Below are positions 49,701 to 58,301 of a DNA stretch of 64,000 bases, in pieces. The stretch is from Phoronis australis (taxonomy: Eukaryota > Animalia > Phoronida): NCBI GenBank assembly GCA_002633005.1, contig NMRA01000094.1, forward strand, positions 182,006 through 246,005, written 5' to 3'. The notes under the pieces are model-generated. The model did no database searches and was not told the origin of the DNA. It saw only the letters and a list, made by a program, of their open reading frames with translations. The stretch's first letter is position 1. The number at the start of each line of letters is the position of its first letter. The position numbers and the translations under genes were made by a program.

Positions 49701-52700
49701 GTAACATTTCTCGTACGTGTTACTTGAACTATGTCTTTATGCATCGTTTGACCTCAGTTGATCATCCTGTTCACTTTCTTTTGAAATATGAAGACTGATG
49801 TTAGAGTTTGGCGTGTGAATGCAGACTTTTTACTGAGCCTTTTCTTAGATTGTTGGTTTTGACGCCTTCATAAGTAGTTCGTTAACAAGGCTTCAATTTG
49901 ACCCTTCTGTAAGTTGCTTCATTTTAACTCTTGACTTTGGTTGATTGATAGCTTAGTGAAATGTTTATTAAGTAAGCTTTTATTCAGACATACTGTCATT
50001 GGTTTGTCATTTTGCCTCCTCCGTTTTGTTTACAGTTAAGAGGCAGTCTATATAAAAACCAGTAGATTTAAAAAAAATCGGTCTATGTGTCAAAATTCAA
50101 AACAACTTCATTTTTATGCACCCACATATTTATATGTGGTCGCATATTGCCGTCATCTCTGTCTGTCCAGGCATCTTTCGTCCGGCGTCTGCAGCTGTAT
50201 GTCCTAAACCCCTCACAGGATCTTGATGAGATTTGGCAGATATGTTACTAGGAAGCTGACAACGGAGGACGACGAATTTCAGACCTCTCCGACTACCGGT
50301 GTGCCCCCAAGTGGCAATTTTATTTTTTTACGCTTACCTCTGTATCTTCGGATGTCCTCAACGGATTTTCATAAAATTTGGAAGTTAGGCATCTATTAGT
50401 GAGATGATTCCATCCTCCCGTTTTCGGACGGATTCAAGGTACTTTGCGCCACCTAGTGGCCATGTTTTCGAGTCTGTTTTTTGCCGTCCGCTGTTCTATC
50501 AACCAAACCGCTCTAGGAATGATTTTGAAAATTAGCATATATGCTCTTACTGTAAAGAGGGCGACTGACGATGATTTTCCGACGACTTCGACAACTGTGG
50601 TGCCTCCTAGTGGCATTTTTGTTTGTTTTTGTGCCCATGGCTGTATCTCCTAAACCTTTCACAGGATCTTAATGAGATTTGGCAGATGTGTTCCCATGAA
50701 GGTGACAACAGATGACAACGAATTTCGGACCTCTCCGACTACTGGTGTGCCCCCTAGTGGCAATTTTTATTTTTTTACGCTTACCTCTGTAGATTTGGAG
50801 GTCAACGGATTTTCATAAAATTTGGAAGTTAGACATGTTTTAGTGAGATGATGCCATCCTCCCATTTTCGGACAGATTCTTGGTACTTTGCGCCCACCTA
50901 GTGGCCATTTTTACTGTTTTCGAGTCAACCAAACCGCTCTAGGTATGTTTTGAAAGTTGGCATATATGTTCTTACTGTGAAGAGGGCGGCTGATGATGAT
51001 TTTCCAATGACTTGGAATTCTATGGCGCCTCCTAGTGTCAGTTTTGTTTGTTTTTGCGTCCATGGCTGTATCTCTACAGGATCTTTATTGAATTTTGTTG
51101 GTGTATTTATATGAAGTTGACTACAGAGGATGACGACTTTCGGACGAATCGGGCTACCAATGTGCCCCTTAGTGGCAATTTTAGTTTCTTTTACATTTAC
51201 CTCTGTAACTTAAAGGATCGTCAATGAATTTTCATAAAATAGTCAGTTAGGCATCTATTAGTGAGGTGACGCTATCATCCGGTTTTCAGTAAAATTCAAG
51301 GCATTTTGCGCCACCTTGTGGCCATTTTTACTGTTTTTGAGTCTTGTTATTTGACATGTGCCTTTCTGTCAACCAAACCACTCTAGGGATGGTTGGGGAA
51401 ATTGGCATTTATGTTCCTAATGGGAAGAGGAAGTCTGACGATGATTTTCCGACGACTTTATCTACTTTGGTGCCTCTTTGTGGCAGTTATGTTTTTTTGC
51501 GCTTATAGTCTCTTAGTGGCAATTTCATTTTTTCATTTTCCTGTGTTTTCCCAGAAGTTCCTTGACAGATTTTTATGAAATTTGGTAAATAGCTTTGATG
51601 ACACATACAAGTTCTCAGGTGGATTAGACATATTTTGTGCCATCTGGTTGCAAATTTTTATGTTCCAAATAAGCACCCCTGAAAGCACAACGTTAGCGGT
51701 GCATTTGTGGGCGCATTTCAACACTCCCCGTTGCTCTTGTTTTTACATGGATAGGTATCCTAACAAAAATCTAAATGCCACATTTTGTGCACTCAGTGAC
51801 CGCTAATTTCACCGCTGGAGCATTCATTTTTGCCACACAAAATCAAAGCATACAGATTTGAAAACGAATTTTGAAAGTTGCGCCTTCAAGTTATTTAATC
51901 AATGTCCTTTCAAACCGCATCACTCATTTGTTATTAGCATGTACATGCTGGTAAAATGCATTCAAATATGTCTTCAGCGCCCAATTTTGGGCCAAAATGG
52001 AGAAAGAGGTCCCAAAAAAGAAATAATGGATAGAAAATCTTAAAAAGTGAGACTATTCTACATTTCACCAAACCAAACTCATTTGTTAAGTCTCAAGAAA
52101 ATCTGTGATATTGTATATAGACTCCACCTGTTGGTTTTTATATGGAGTCACTCTTAATTTCATCCTATTCCTGTTTAGCCAAACTCTGATCGTAATCCAG
52201 TGGATGAGTTGCAGCAGGCAGAAGCCAGCGGAGACTTCACGTATGAGGCGCCCTCTTGTGAGCAGGACGAGGAAGGTCCAGTATCCCCACCCCCAAGTCC
52301 TGAGCCACAGGTGTGTAGTAGTAGCAGTAGTAGTAGCAGTAGTAGTCATCAGGTGCTGTCCACATTCAGGCTACAAATATTTTATGCCTTGAGGGCAATG
52401 TGTTAACTCTTAACCTTGGTTTCACTCAAATTCTAGTCTTGTGAAAGTACCTTGACAACTCTACTCGATGGACACTCCATATGGTGAAAGAAGTATTGGA
52501 CTAAATTAAGATCGTGTACCATTCCTCTAACATGAAGCGTGGCTCCTTGACAATAAAAAATTGGGGAAAAGAATAAATTTGTATTAGCAAATGGAAACTA
52601 CAAAGGTTGTAGTTCTGGGGTAAATGGCTAATTGCAGGAGGCGAAGATAGCACTCCTGCTTACGTCATTCATGTGCGCATAGATGGGGAAGGGACTTGAA

Positions 52701-54775
52701 GTTACTATCTGGGAAGTACATGTGCTGAAGGACTCGACTTGTTCAAAAAGTTTGTCATGGCATTCCCATGGAAATATATAGTTTACTAAATTACGTTAAA
52801 ACCAAGCATTTCTTTTATGGCCACTTCTAAACTTTGTTGAAAATTTTTTAGCCTTTTATTGTGTGCAATTTTTAAGAGTGTAGGTTTGTTTTAGAAATAG
52901 CATGTCTTCATGAGTGGTGAAAAAAATCAAAACTATTTAATAAAGTTAACTGTTTACAGTTAATTCGATGTGGTTTCATATCCGGATCACAAAAGAAGCA
53001 GTACAAATATCGTTTAAAACAAATGATATTTGTTCTATTCGTAAAAATGAGTCAGGGAATATTGTCCAACCATCTTGTGAAGTTGGTCAGACTTCATGGT
53101 TAGCTTTTAATGACTGTGTCCATCACAATGGGGGGTCATTCATTGGAATATACACTTGTGAAGGAGAAATGGTTGGAAAAAGTCATACTTAGTGCCAAAA
53201 TAATGATTAAGTTAAAAGTCGATCAAATGTTTCCAATTTTCATTTGATATTGTGAACTTGTGAACCTTCTGAATTGTGAGAGCTTGAGGGTTGTATGAAA
53301 GGCTTTTGGACAGTTATGTATGAGTAGTTAAATACTGCTTGGACTGTGTGAAGAAATCTTCTCTAATTTAGCGAATAGTAACGTAACACCAGTGTGCTTC
53401 ACAATATATAACTGCACTGTGAAATGCTTTGATGATGCTGAAATGTCTTGCATTCATGAAGTTAAAAGTTACTGTGTATTTATTGTAACTGAAATATTGA
53501 CCAAAGTTACTGGTTGTTTGTGTAGGAGGGTGATGAGCCTGAGGGTAGTGTAGCAAGAGTATCTCAGCAATCACTGGCTGAACAAAGTATCAAGGACTTG
53601 GAGGCAGAGTTGGAGTTGGATCTGGACAACCTAAACTTAGATGACAATATTGACACATCGGTAGGTCTTGTTTGTCCTATCTGGACAAGCTAAACATAAA
53701 CGACAATATTTCACACATCGGTAGGTCCAGTGCGTGTGCTAATACCATGTAACTCTGTTCATTGGAGAGAATATGAAGGAAGACAACTTTTAAAAATCTG
53801 AATTTTGTACTCTGGTACGAGTTAAAGATGTTCTCAGTTTCCACTCTTTTTATTTGTCTCTGCTAACCCGTGACAGTCATCTTGACCCACTCTTGTGTGT
53901 ACCATCTTTGTGCTAATTCTAGCTGGGAGTAGAGGATAAAATGGTGAGGCTTAGTTGACTTGCTGGTAATGCGCAGTAAATCCTTGAGTTGTGTTTATTG
54001 GTCGTTTGCTGCAGCTTGTAAGTGGCACTGACACAGCCTCCTCCCTAGGCCACAAGATGGCGCTGATCGGTGTAGCCATTTGAGACTCAGTGAAGAGGTA
54101 TTTACTGGGTAGGATTCTGACCATTTTTTCAGAAATTGCTGGAATATTGCAAGTGACATCAAGTTATATCAAATCTAAATTCTGCTGATAAACAAAAAAA
54201 TCCACATGACTGTCTTTTGAGCCAAAATTTTGAAAAAGAGAAAGGTACATGGATAGCAAAACAATGGTATTCAAAACAGGGCCAGATATTGTTGGATTTA
54301 AATGTTGCAGTTTTCTAAATTATCATTTCACTTTCATTTTATGCAACTTTTCTGTTTTTCTATGCAAACCATAAGTCTTGTTTTTTGATAACCCCTCGAT
54401 ATGCAAACATGGAACAATTCCCTCCCCTCGACATGCAAAGGTGGAACAATTCTCTTCTAAGATTGTTTAGAACAGTGCATGAAGCATAGTACTTGAAAGT
54501 TTCTCATGAATCTGTCATTCCACACATATGTTTTGAACTGAAGGTAGCCAAATTTGACATTTATCTAGGGTCCTACATAACTTTGAGTTATCTTTGGACC
54601 ATGGAAAATTCTTCCCAGTGTTTTATCTACAAAATTTTTATAACATAAGACGAAAAGTCTTGAGTGTCTTTTTTAAGGTGATTGAATCATGTGCAGTCAT
54701 TTCATGTTTGTTACTTAAGTTAAGCTTGGTGTGTTACAGGATGTTAACCTTGATGAGGACCTATTAGAAGACTGA
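31777..54775 (+). CDS. COPB2: Coatomer subunit beta' (beta'-COP), 20 exons, 2787 nt / 928 aa
   Basis: M|[28 protein letters not shown]... WD40 repeats, coatomer WDAD region, acidic tail ...DDNIDTS|[11 protein letters not shown]. All introns GT-AG and exon phases sum to an open frame. Confidence 0.97.
33100..33846 (-). mobile_element. Second Helentron-like family (ttggcgaa terminus), COPB2 intron 1
   Basis: End cttgatggcaaagcaacacat...ttcgccaagtaa is the reverse complement of the start of 42250-43468; shared internal blocks such as aaaatggtaagtctgagaaaa. Left boundary uncertain. Confidence 0.55.
34730..35475. repeat. Degenerate about 430-bp tandem duplication built of aggtcattaggtgca-type subunits
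   Basis: caaccatggg(g)gtcattaggtgcattttt at about 34850 and 35284; probably a TE-internal satellite. Confidence 0.6.
36451..36588 (+). CDS. COPB2: COPB2 exon 2
   Basis: tttcag|PLRLDIKRK...WNIESQ|gt. Confidence 0.95.
36764..37030. repeat. 39-bp minisatellite, about 6.5 copies
   Basis: aatgtgacttgtaatggtttattacatattgataactta. Confidence 0.95.
37110..37196 (+). CDS. COPB2: COPB2 exon 3
   Basis: ttgcag|[29 protein letters not shown]|gtaagt. Confidence 0.93.
37928..38054 (+). CDS. COPB2: COPB2 exon 4
   Basis: [42 protein letters not shown]. Confidence 0.95.
38425..38573 (+). CDS. COPB2: COPB2 exon 5
   Basis: [29 protein letters not shown]...LDKTVK|gtaagt. Confidence 0.95.
39128..39274 (+). 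CDS. COPB2: COPB2 exon 6
   Basis: [49 protein letters not shown]. Confidence 0.95.
39703..39802 (+). CDS. COPB2: COPB2 exon 7
   Basis: [33 protein letters not shown]|gtaagt. Confidence 0.95.
39768..40015 (+). repeat. About 59-bp tandem repeat of COPB2 exon 7 end + donor, about 4 copies
   Basis: agagttgcccatcatactgacagggtcggaggatg|gtaagttggta. Confidence 0.9.
40517..40659 (+). CDS. COPB2: COPB2 exon 8
   Basis: [25 protein letters not shown]...[11 protein letters not shown]|gtgagt. Confidence 0.95.
40622..40819 (+). repeat. 49-bp tandem repeat of COPB2 exon 8 end + donor, 4 copies
   Basis: tggctcttggctatgatgagggcagtatcattgttaag|gtgagttggca. Confidence 0.95.
41933..42132 (+). CDS. COPB2: COPB2 exon 9
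   Basis: [23 protein letters not shown]...HNPNGR. Confidence 0.95.
42250..43468 (+). mobile_element. Second Helentron-like family, COPB2 intron 9
   Basis: ttttacttggcgaa ... ttcgccaagt subterminal inverted repeats, T-run ends, duplicated catc-rich 3' block. Confidence 0.6.
44060..44259 (+). CDS. COPB2: COPB2 exon 10
   Basis: [24 protein letters not shown]...[10 protein letters not shown]. Confidence 0.95.
44239..44480 (+). repeat. 60-bp tandem repeat of COPB2 exon 10 end + donor, at least 4 copies, running into an assembly gap
   Basis: agcctgattttggagcagagg|gtgggtattgatccagatggtatggtgcctgttctagtt. Confidence 0.95.
44481..45415. other. Assembly gap (N run)
   Basis: N stretch between a minisatellite and a Helentron-like element; smaller gaps at about 134-177 and 48670-48734. 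Confidence 0.99.
45416..46052 (+). mobile_element. Helentron/HINE-like element, 3' part (5' part in assembly gap)
   Basis: Internal subunits and 3' end gtgggcgcatttcaacgctctgcgttgctcttgtt match 50111-51743. Confidence 0.7.
46242..46348 (+). CDS. COPB2: COPB2 exon 11
   Basis: [36 protein letters not shown]|gtgagt. Confidence 0.95.
46647..46790 (+). CDS. COPB2: COPB2 exon 12
   Basis: [23 protein letters not shown]...EDGIEDAFE|gtaag. Confidence 0.95.
46784..46956 (+). repeat. 42-bp tandem repeat spanning the COPB2 exon 12 donor, about 4 copies
   Basis: ttttgag|gtaagagctgccatgcagacttgtgtgtcgacaca. Confidence 0.9.
47099..47229 (+). CDS. COPB2: COPB2 exon 13
   Basis: [44 protein letters not shown]. 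Confidence 0.95.
47724..47931 (+). CDS. COPB2: COPB2 exon 14
   Basis: [23 protein letters not shown]...[11 protein letters not shown]. Confidence 0.95.
48095..48206. repeat. 26-bp repeat, about 4 copies, merging into the COPB2 exon 15 acceptor tract
   Basis: tctgttctgccagtctgagtcatgtg. Confidence 0.9.
48215..48463 (+). CDS. COPB2: COPB2 exon 15
   Basis: [21 protein letters not shown]...[15 protein letters not shown]|gtaagt. Confidence 0.95.
48474..48840. repeat. 47-bp G-rich minisatellite starting 10 nt after the COPB2 exon 15 donor (contains a gap)
   Basis: gtaggaggcatggggagagcctggcccagtagtctgttgagagggga. Confidence 0.9.
48918..49087 (+). CDS. COPB2: COPB2 exon 16
   Basis: [22 protein letters not shown]...[19 protein letters not shown]. 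Confidence 0.93.
49440..49620 (+). CDS. COPB2: COPB2 exon 17
   Basis: [33 protein letters not shown]...YPQVT|gtatgt. Confidence 0.93.
50111..51743 (+). mobile_element. Helentron/HINE (DINE-1-like) non-autonomous element with internal tandem array
   Basis: 5' T-run + atgcacccac subTIR and hairpin, gtct/gtcc microsatellite-like stretch, about 145-bp subunits grouped in about 440-bp higher-order units, 3' subTIR gtgggcgcat + hairpin caacactccccgttg + ctcttgttttt. Confidence 0.75.
52179..52310 (+). CDS. COPB2: COPB2 exon 18
   Basis: tttag|[23 protein letters not shown]...SPEPQ|gtgtgt; donor less certain. Confidence 0.8.
53526..53660 (+). CDS. COPB2: COPB2 exon 19
   Basis: tgtag|EGDEPEG...[22 protein letters not shown]|gtaggt. 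Confidence 0.85.
54740..54775 (+). CDS. COPB2: COPB2 exon 20 (last coding)
   Basis: ttacag|[11 protein letters not shown]; resembles the conserved acidic beta'-COP terminus. Confidence 0.85.
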   Translation, partial: DVNLDEDLLED

Positions 54776-54824
54776 TTGTTGCTTTGCACCTATGGGGAAC
54801 CAGTGTGGAGGGAACTGAAGATGT

Positions 54825-55135
54825 TACTGACCAACGCCAGTGGGGTGTCTTGTAATATTGACAGGCACCAGTAGGATGTCTTGCAGTATTGATAGGCACC
54901 AGTGGGGTGTCAATATGGACTGATGCCTTTGGGCTGTCTTGCAATATTGACGGGCGCCAGTGGGGTGTCTTGTAATATTGACGGGCGCCAGTGGGGTGTC
55001 TTGCAATCTGGACAGATGCCTGTGAGGTGTCTTGCTATAGTGGAGTGCCGTGCAGTATTGACAGATGCTTGACGGGCATCTTGCTGTGACAGACACCAGT
55101 GAAGTTTCTTGCAATATTGTCAGGCACCAGTGGAA
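54825..55135. repeat. About 31-bp degenerate minisatellite in the COPB2 3' UTR
   Basis: gcaccagtggggtgtcttgtaatattgacag. Confidence 0.85.
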
Positions 55136-55911
55136 TGTTATACTATCCACCGACATCAGTGGACTGTTTTGTAATGTGCTGCAGAACAAAAACAATGTTT
55201 GATGTAGCAGCTGCACTCATTTCACTGACCACAACTGAGACTGCAGCCAAACCATGGCGACTGATTACAATAAACATCCTGTTGTCACTGAAGATACTCA
55301 ATTTGGTCATCTTTTGTAGCACAGCACAGTATTACACTTGGATGTATGGAGGTCTGCTGCAGTTAATGAGCACATTATAGCCACATAAGCCAAGTGACTG
55401 ACCGGAGTTACTGGTGTCACATGGCCAGTTAACATTGTTTGGCTCAATGCAGAGTTCCACAGATGCAAGAATTTCACAAAGGAAACTGGTGTGATGGTGT
55501 TTGGTTTGCAACACATGACAGTATCACACAGAGTCCCGCATTTCTGCACGATTCTTGCGTCTATGGAAAGCACGCCCAGTCAGCCATATTGGACATTTTA
55601 AGATTGTCAACATCATTCAGCAGCGGGAGCTTAGAGTAATTCATTTTAAGATTGTCTTATAAATTTCTCGTAGAGATTTATTTACACTTTGTAAAATATT
55701 TGTCACTTTCATGAACAGTGCCTGAAAGTATATTTGGCATTTCTCAATGCATGCAACAGATGGCTTGAAGAAGGTTCATAGATCTTGAATTCCAGTGTCT
55801 TGGACTGGAAAGTTGCAATGTTCTTGTCTGTTTGATAAATGCCTCAGGCCTTATTGTACATAAAGTATGGTATATGTTAAATGCATTTTATTGTGACTTG
55901 TCAAATGACGC

Positions 55912-55991
55912 AATAAAGACATCTTAGGACTAACTACACTGAAAATTATAAAAAAGGATAGGGGTTATTTCACCACATCGTGAAAAATAAA
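55912..55991 (+). terminator. Candidate COPB2 polyadenylation signals
   Basis: AATAAA at 55912 and about 55986. Confidence 0.4.
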
Positions 55992-56329
55992 AGCATTCAT
56001 GTAAATCCTATGGTTCGAGGTAAATGGTCTTTCACAACAACTGCAGAGTTGAAAAATAGTGTGAAACAAGTTCAGTTATTGTATCCAAGGGCTCTGACCC
56101 AATGTACATTGACAACTAAATTATACACTACACGTGAATTTGGTGTTCAGTTGATACGTTTTTAAGTTTTACAATTACTTGACTACAGAGATATCGGAAT
56201 CTGTCAATGGGTGTGTGAAGTATTCTTGAGGGGTACTTCCACAGAACTGCCGTGAGACCTGGCCTGAGGGTGCGTCCACTGAACTGTCATCGGACATGTC
56301 CTGAGCCTTTCATACCCTTAGCACATGAA

Positions 56330-56490
56330 ATGATATTCATCTTCCTATTCACCTTCCACAGTGTTATCACTACAGATCAAGCAATATGTGATATTCATCT
56401 TCCACAGTGTTATCACTGCAGATCAAGCAATACGTGATATTCATCTTCCACAGTGTTATCACTACAGATCAAGCAATATGTGATATTCAA
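56330..56490. repeat. About 46-bp repeat, about 3 copies
   Basis: tgatattcatcttccacagtgttatcactacagatcaagcaatatg. Confidence 0.85.
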
Positions 56491-58037
56491 CTTTCTCAAG
56501 CCACTTCCACTTGTCATCAATGACTGAAGCAATGTAGTAGCAAAGTTCAAAATATAACTAGTGACTACAGCAGATTAAGTCACATCTCAAGTCTTAAAAT
56601 TTTGGTAGTACTTAGGTTTTGCATCGACCTTTCTAGTGACATTCTAATCCTTAGCAAACAGATACTATGGAATGAACTCGCATACGACACCTACAAACAA
56701 ATTTTGTAAACACCACACTTTGATAATTTTGCCTGTAAGATGATACCCTAGTATGCCTTCCATTCTTATTTAAGTAAACTAAAGTGTCATCAGCCGCTTT
56801 ACATATTTAATAGGTGACATTTTTTACACCTTAAACCAGTACTTAACACATCTGACATAATTTGTTAACAACTACGGAGTTTCTCTGCGATGTAAGTAAT
56901 GCCAATATATCGGTAGTATGGTTTAGAGTTTCTGACTTGTTCTTTGTCTGATGAGGGTTACAGACCATAACTGTGGTTCAGAGACTGGTCTAAATATCAT
57001 CAAAGAGCACTTGCTACCCTTTTAAACAACATAACTTGTATCTTCAAAACCTAAAGTCAAATTACACAACAGCTTAAATAAACCAAATGGCTGTAGGGCA
57101 TATTGTTATGCACCATATTTGCCAAAGTCCCCATTACAAGACGCAAAACATAATGGACCACTTTCCATGAAACGCAAAAACTACAGTAATAACTATTTCT
57201 CATGCAATAATTACAGAACACTTGATTCAAAATCCACTTCAAAACCTTCAAATAAAATACTTCATATTCACAATGAGAAGCTCAAAATTCACCAGGTGTT
57301 GCTAGTGCTCTGCCAACAGAAATACCTGCACAGGTAAAATGCAATAATGCTCGCAGGCTAAAGAAGTTCTTTCTGCTCCTGACCTATTCAGGTGATAAGG
57401 ATGTCTCAAACCTTATTCTTAAAATTTGCTGTTTATACATTATATTTTATAAATATCTTGCAAAATACCTTATCTTAATTCTTGGGGGAAGTTCAAATAC
57501 AAAATATAGACCATGCAGCCAGAAAAAAGATTGAGCACAACCACCTTCGAACTACACAATACCGTGGAAATTAGTTCACACCTTATCTGAGATCAAAGGT
57601 TGCAGGGCTGTCTATCAAATCGGAGCTCTACAAACATATCTTACGTTTTGTGAGTTCATTTGTCATAGAAACCAAACTGAAAGACAAATCGAAATTGCTG
57701 ACAGTGTTTTGAGGTAACTAGTGAAGTTTTCATTTAAAAAAAATTTCCATTAAAATCGAAGGAGTTATTTTTCTACTGTACCTTTCTTAAAATGAGATTT
57801 TGAAAGATATTAATGTCATAATAATAAGAACTTCACATAACTATAAAACATTTTTATAATCCAAGACCTTAATAATACTTTTACTAGTCGACTGGTTTTT
57901 TTAATATGCAAAATAAAATGGAAGCCACTAAATAAGATTTGAGATAACCTTAAAAAGAGGGACCTTTACTCACTAGCACCACCTGGTGGATATTGAATTG
58001 TCAATTATAATAACATTAAACACAGTAAAAAAGATGT

Positions 58038-58301
58038 TTAGCCAAGATCAACTTTGCTACAATCATTTCTATTCTTCTCATCCGCTATTAACACAGCTTT
58101 AGCTTGTCTTATCTCTTCAGGAGTCAAACCTGGGCAGGTCATATGATGACTAGTGATCCACGAGTCTTTTTGACATCGGCCGTTGCAATAGAGCTCATGA
58201 CAACGACCACACCGTTTTAGACTCATACCTTCACTACGGAAACAATAGCTGCAGCGCTTTATAGGATCGTACTTTACAGAAGAACGACATTTGAGAACGA
58301 C
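58038..58301 (-). CDS. TPR-MYND gene last exon (MYND finger)
   Basis: ttccag|VVLKCRSSVKYDPIKRCSYCFRSEGMSLKRCGRCHELYCNGRCQKDSWITSHHMTC...*. Confidence 0.88.
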   Translation of the reverse strand, partial: VVLKCRSSVKYDPIKRCSYCFRSEGMSLKRCGRCHELYCNGRCQKDSWITSHHMTCPGLTPEEIRQAKAVLIADEKNRNDCSKVDLG

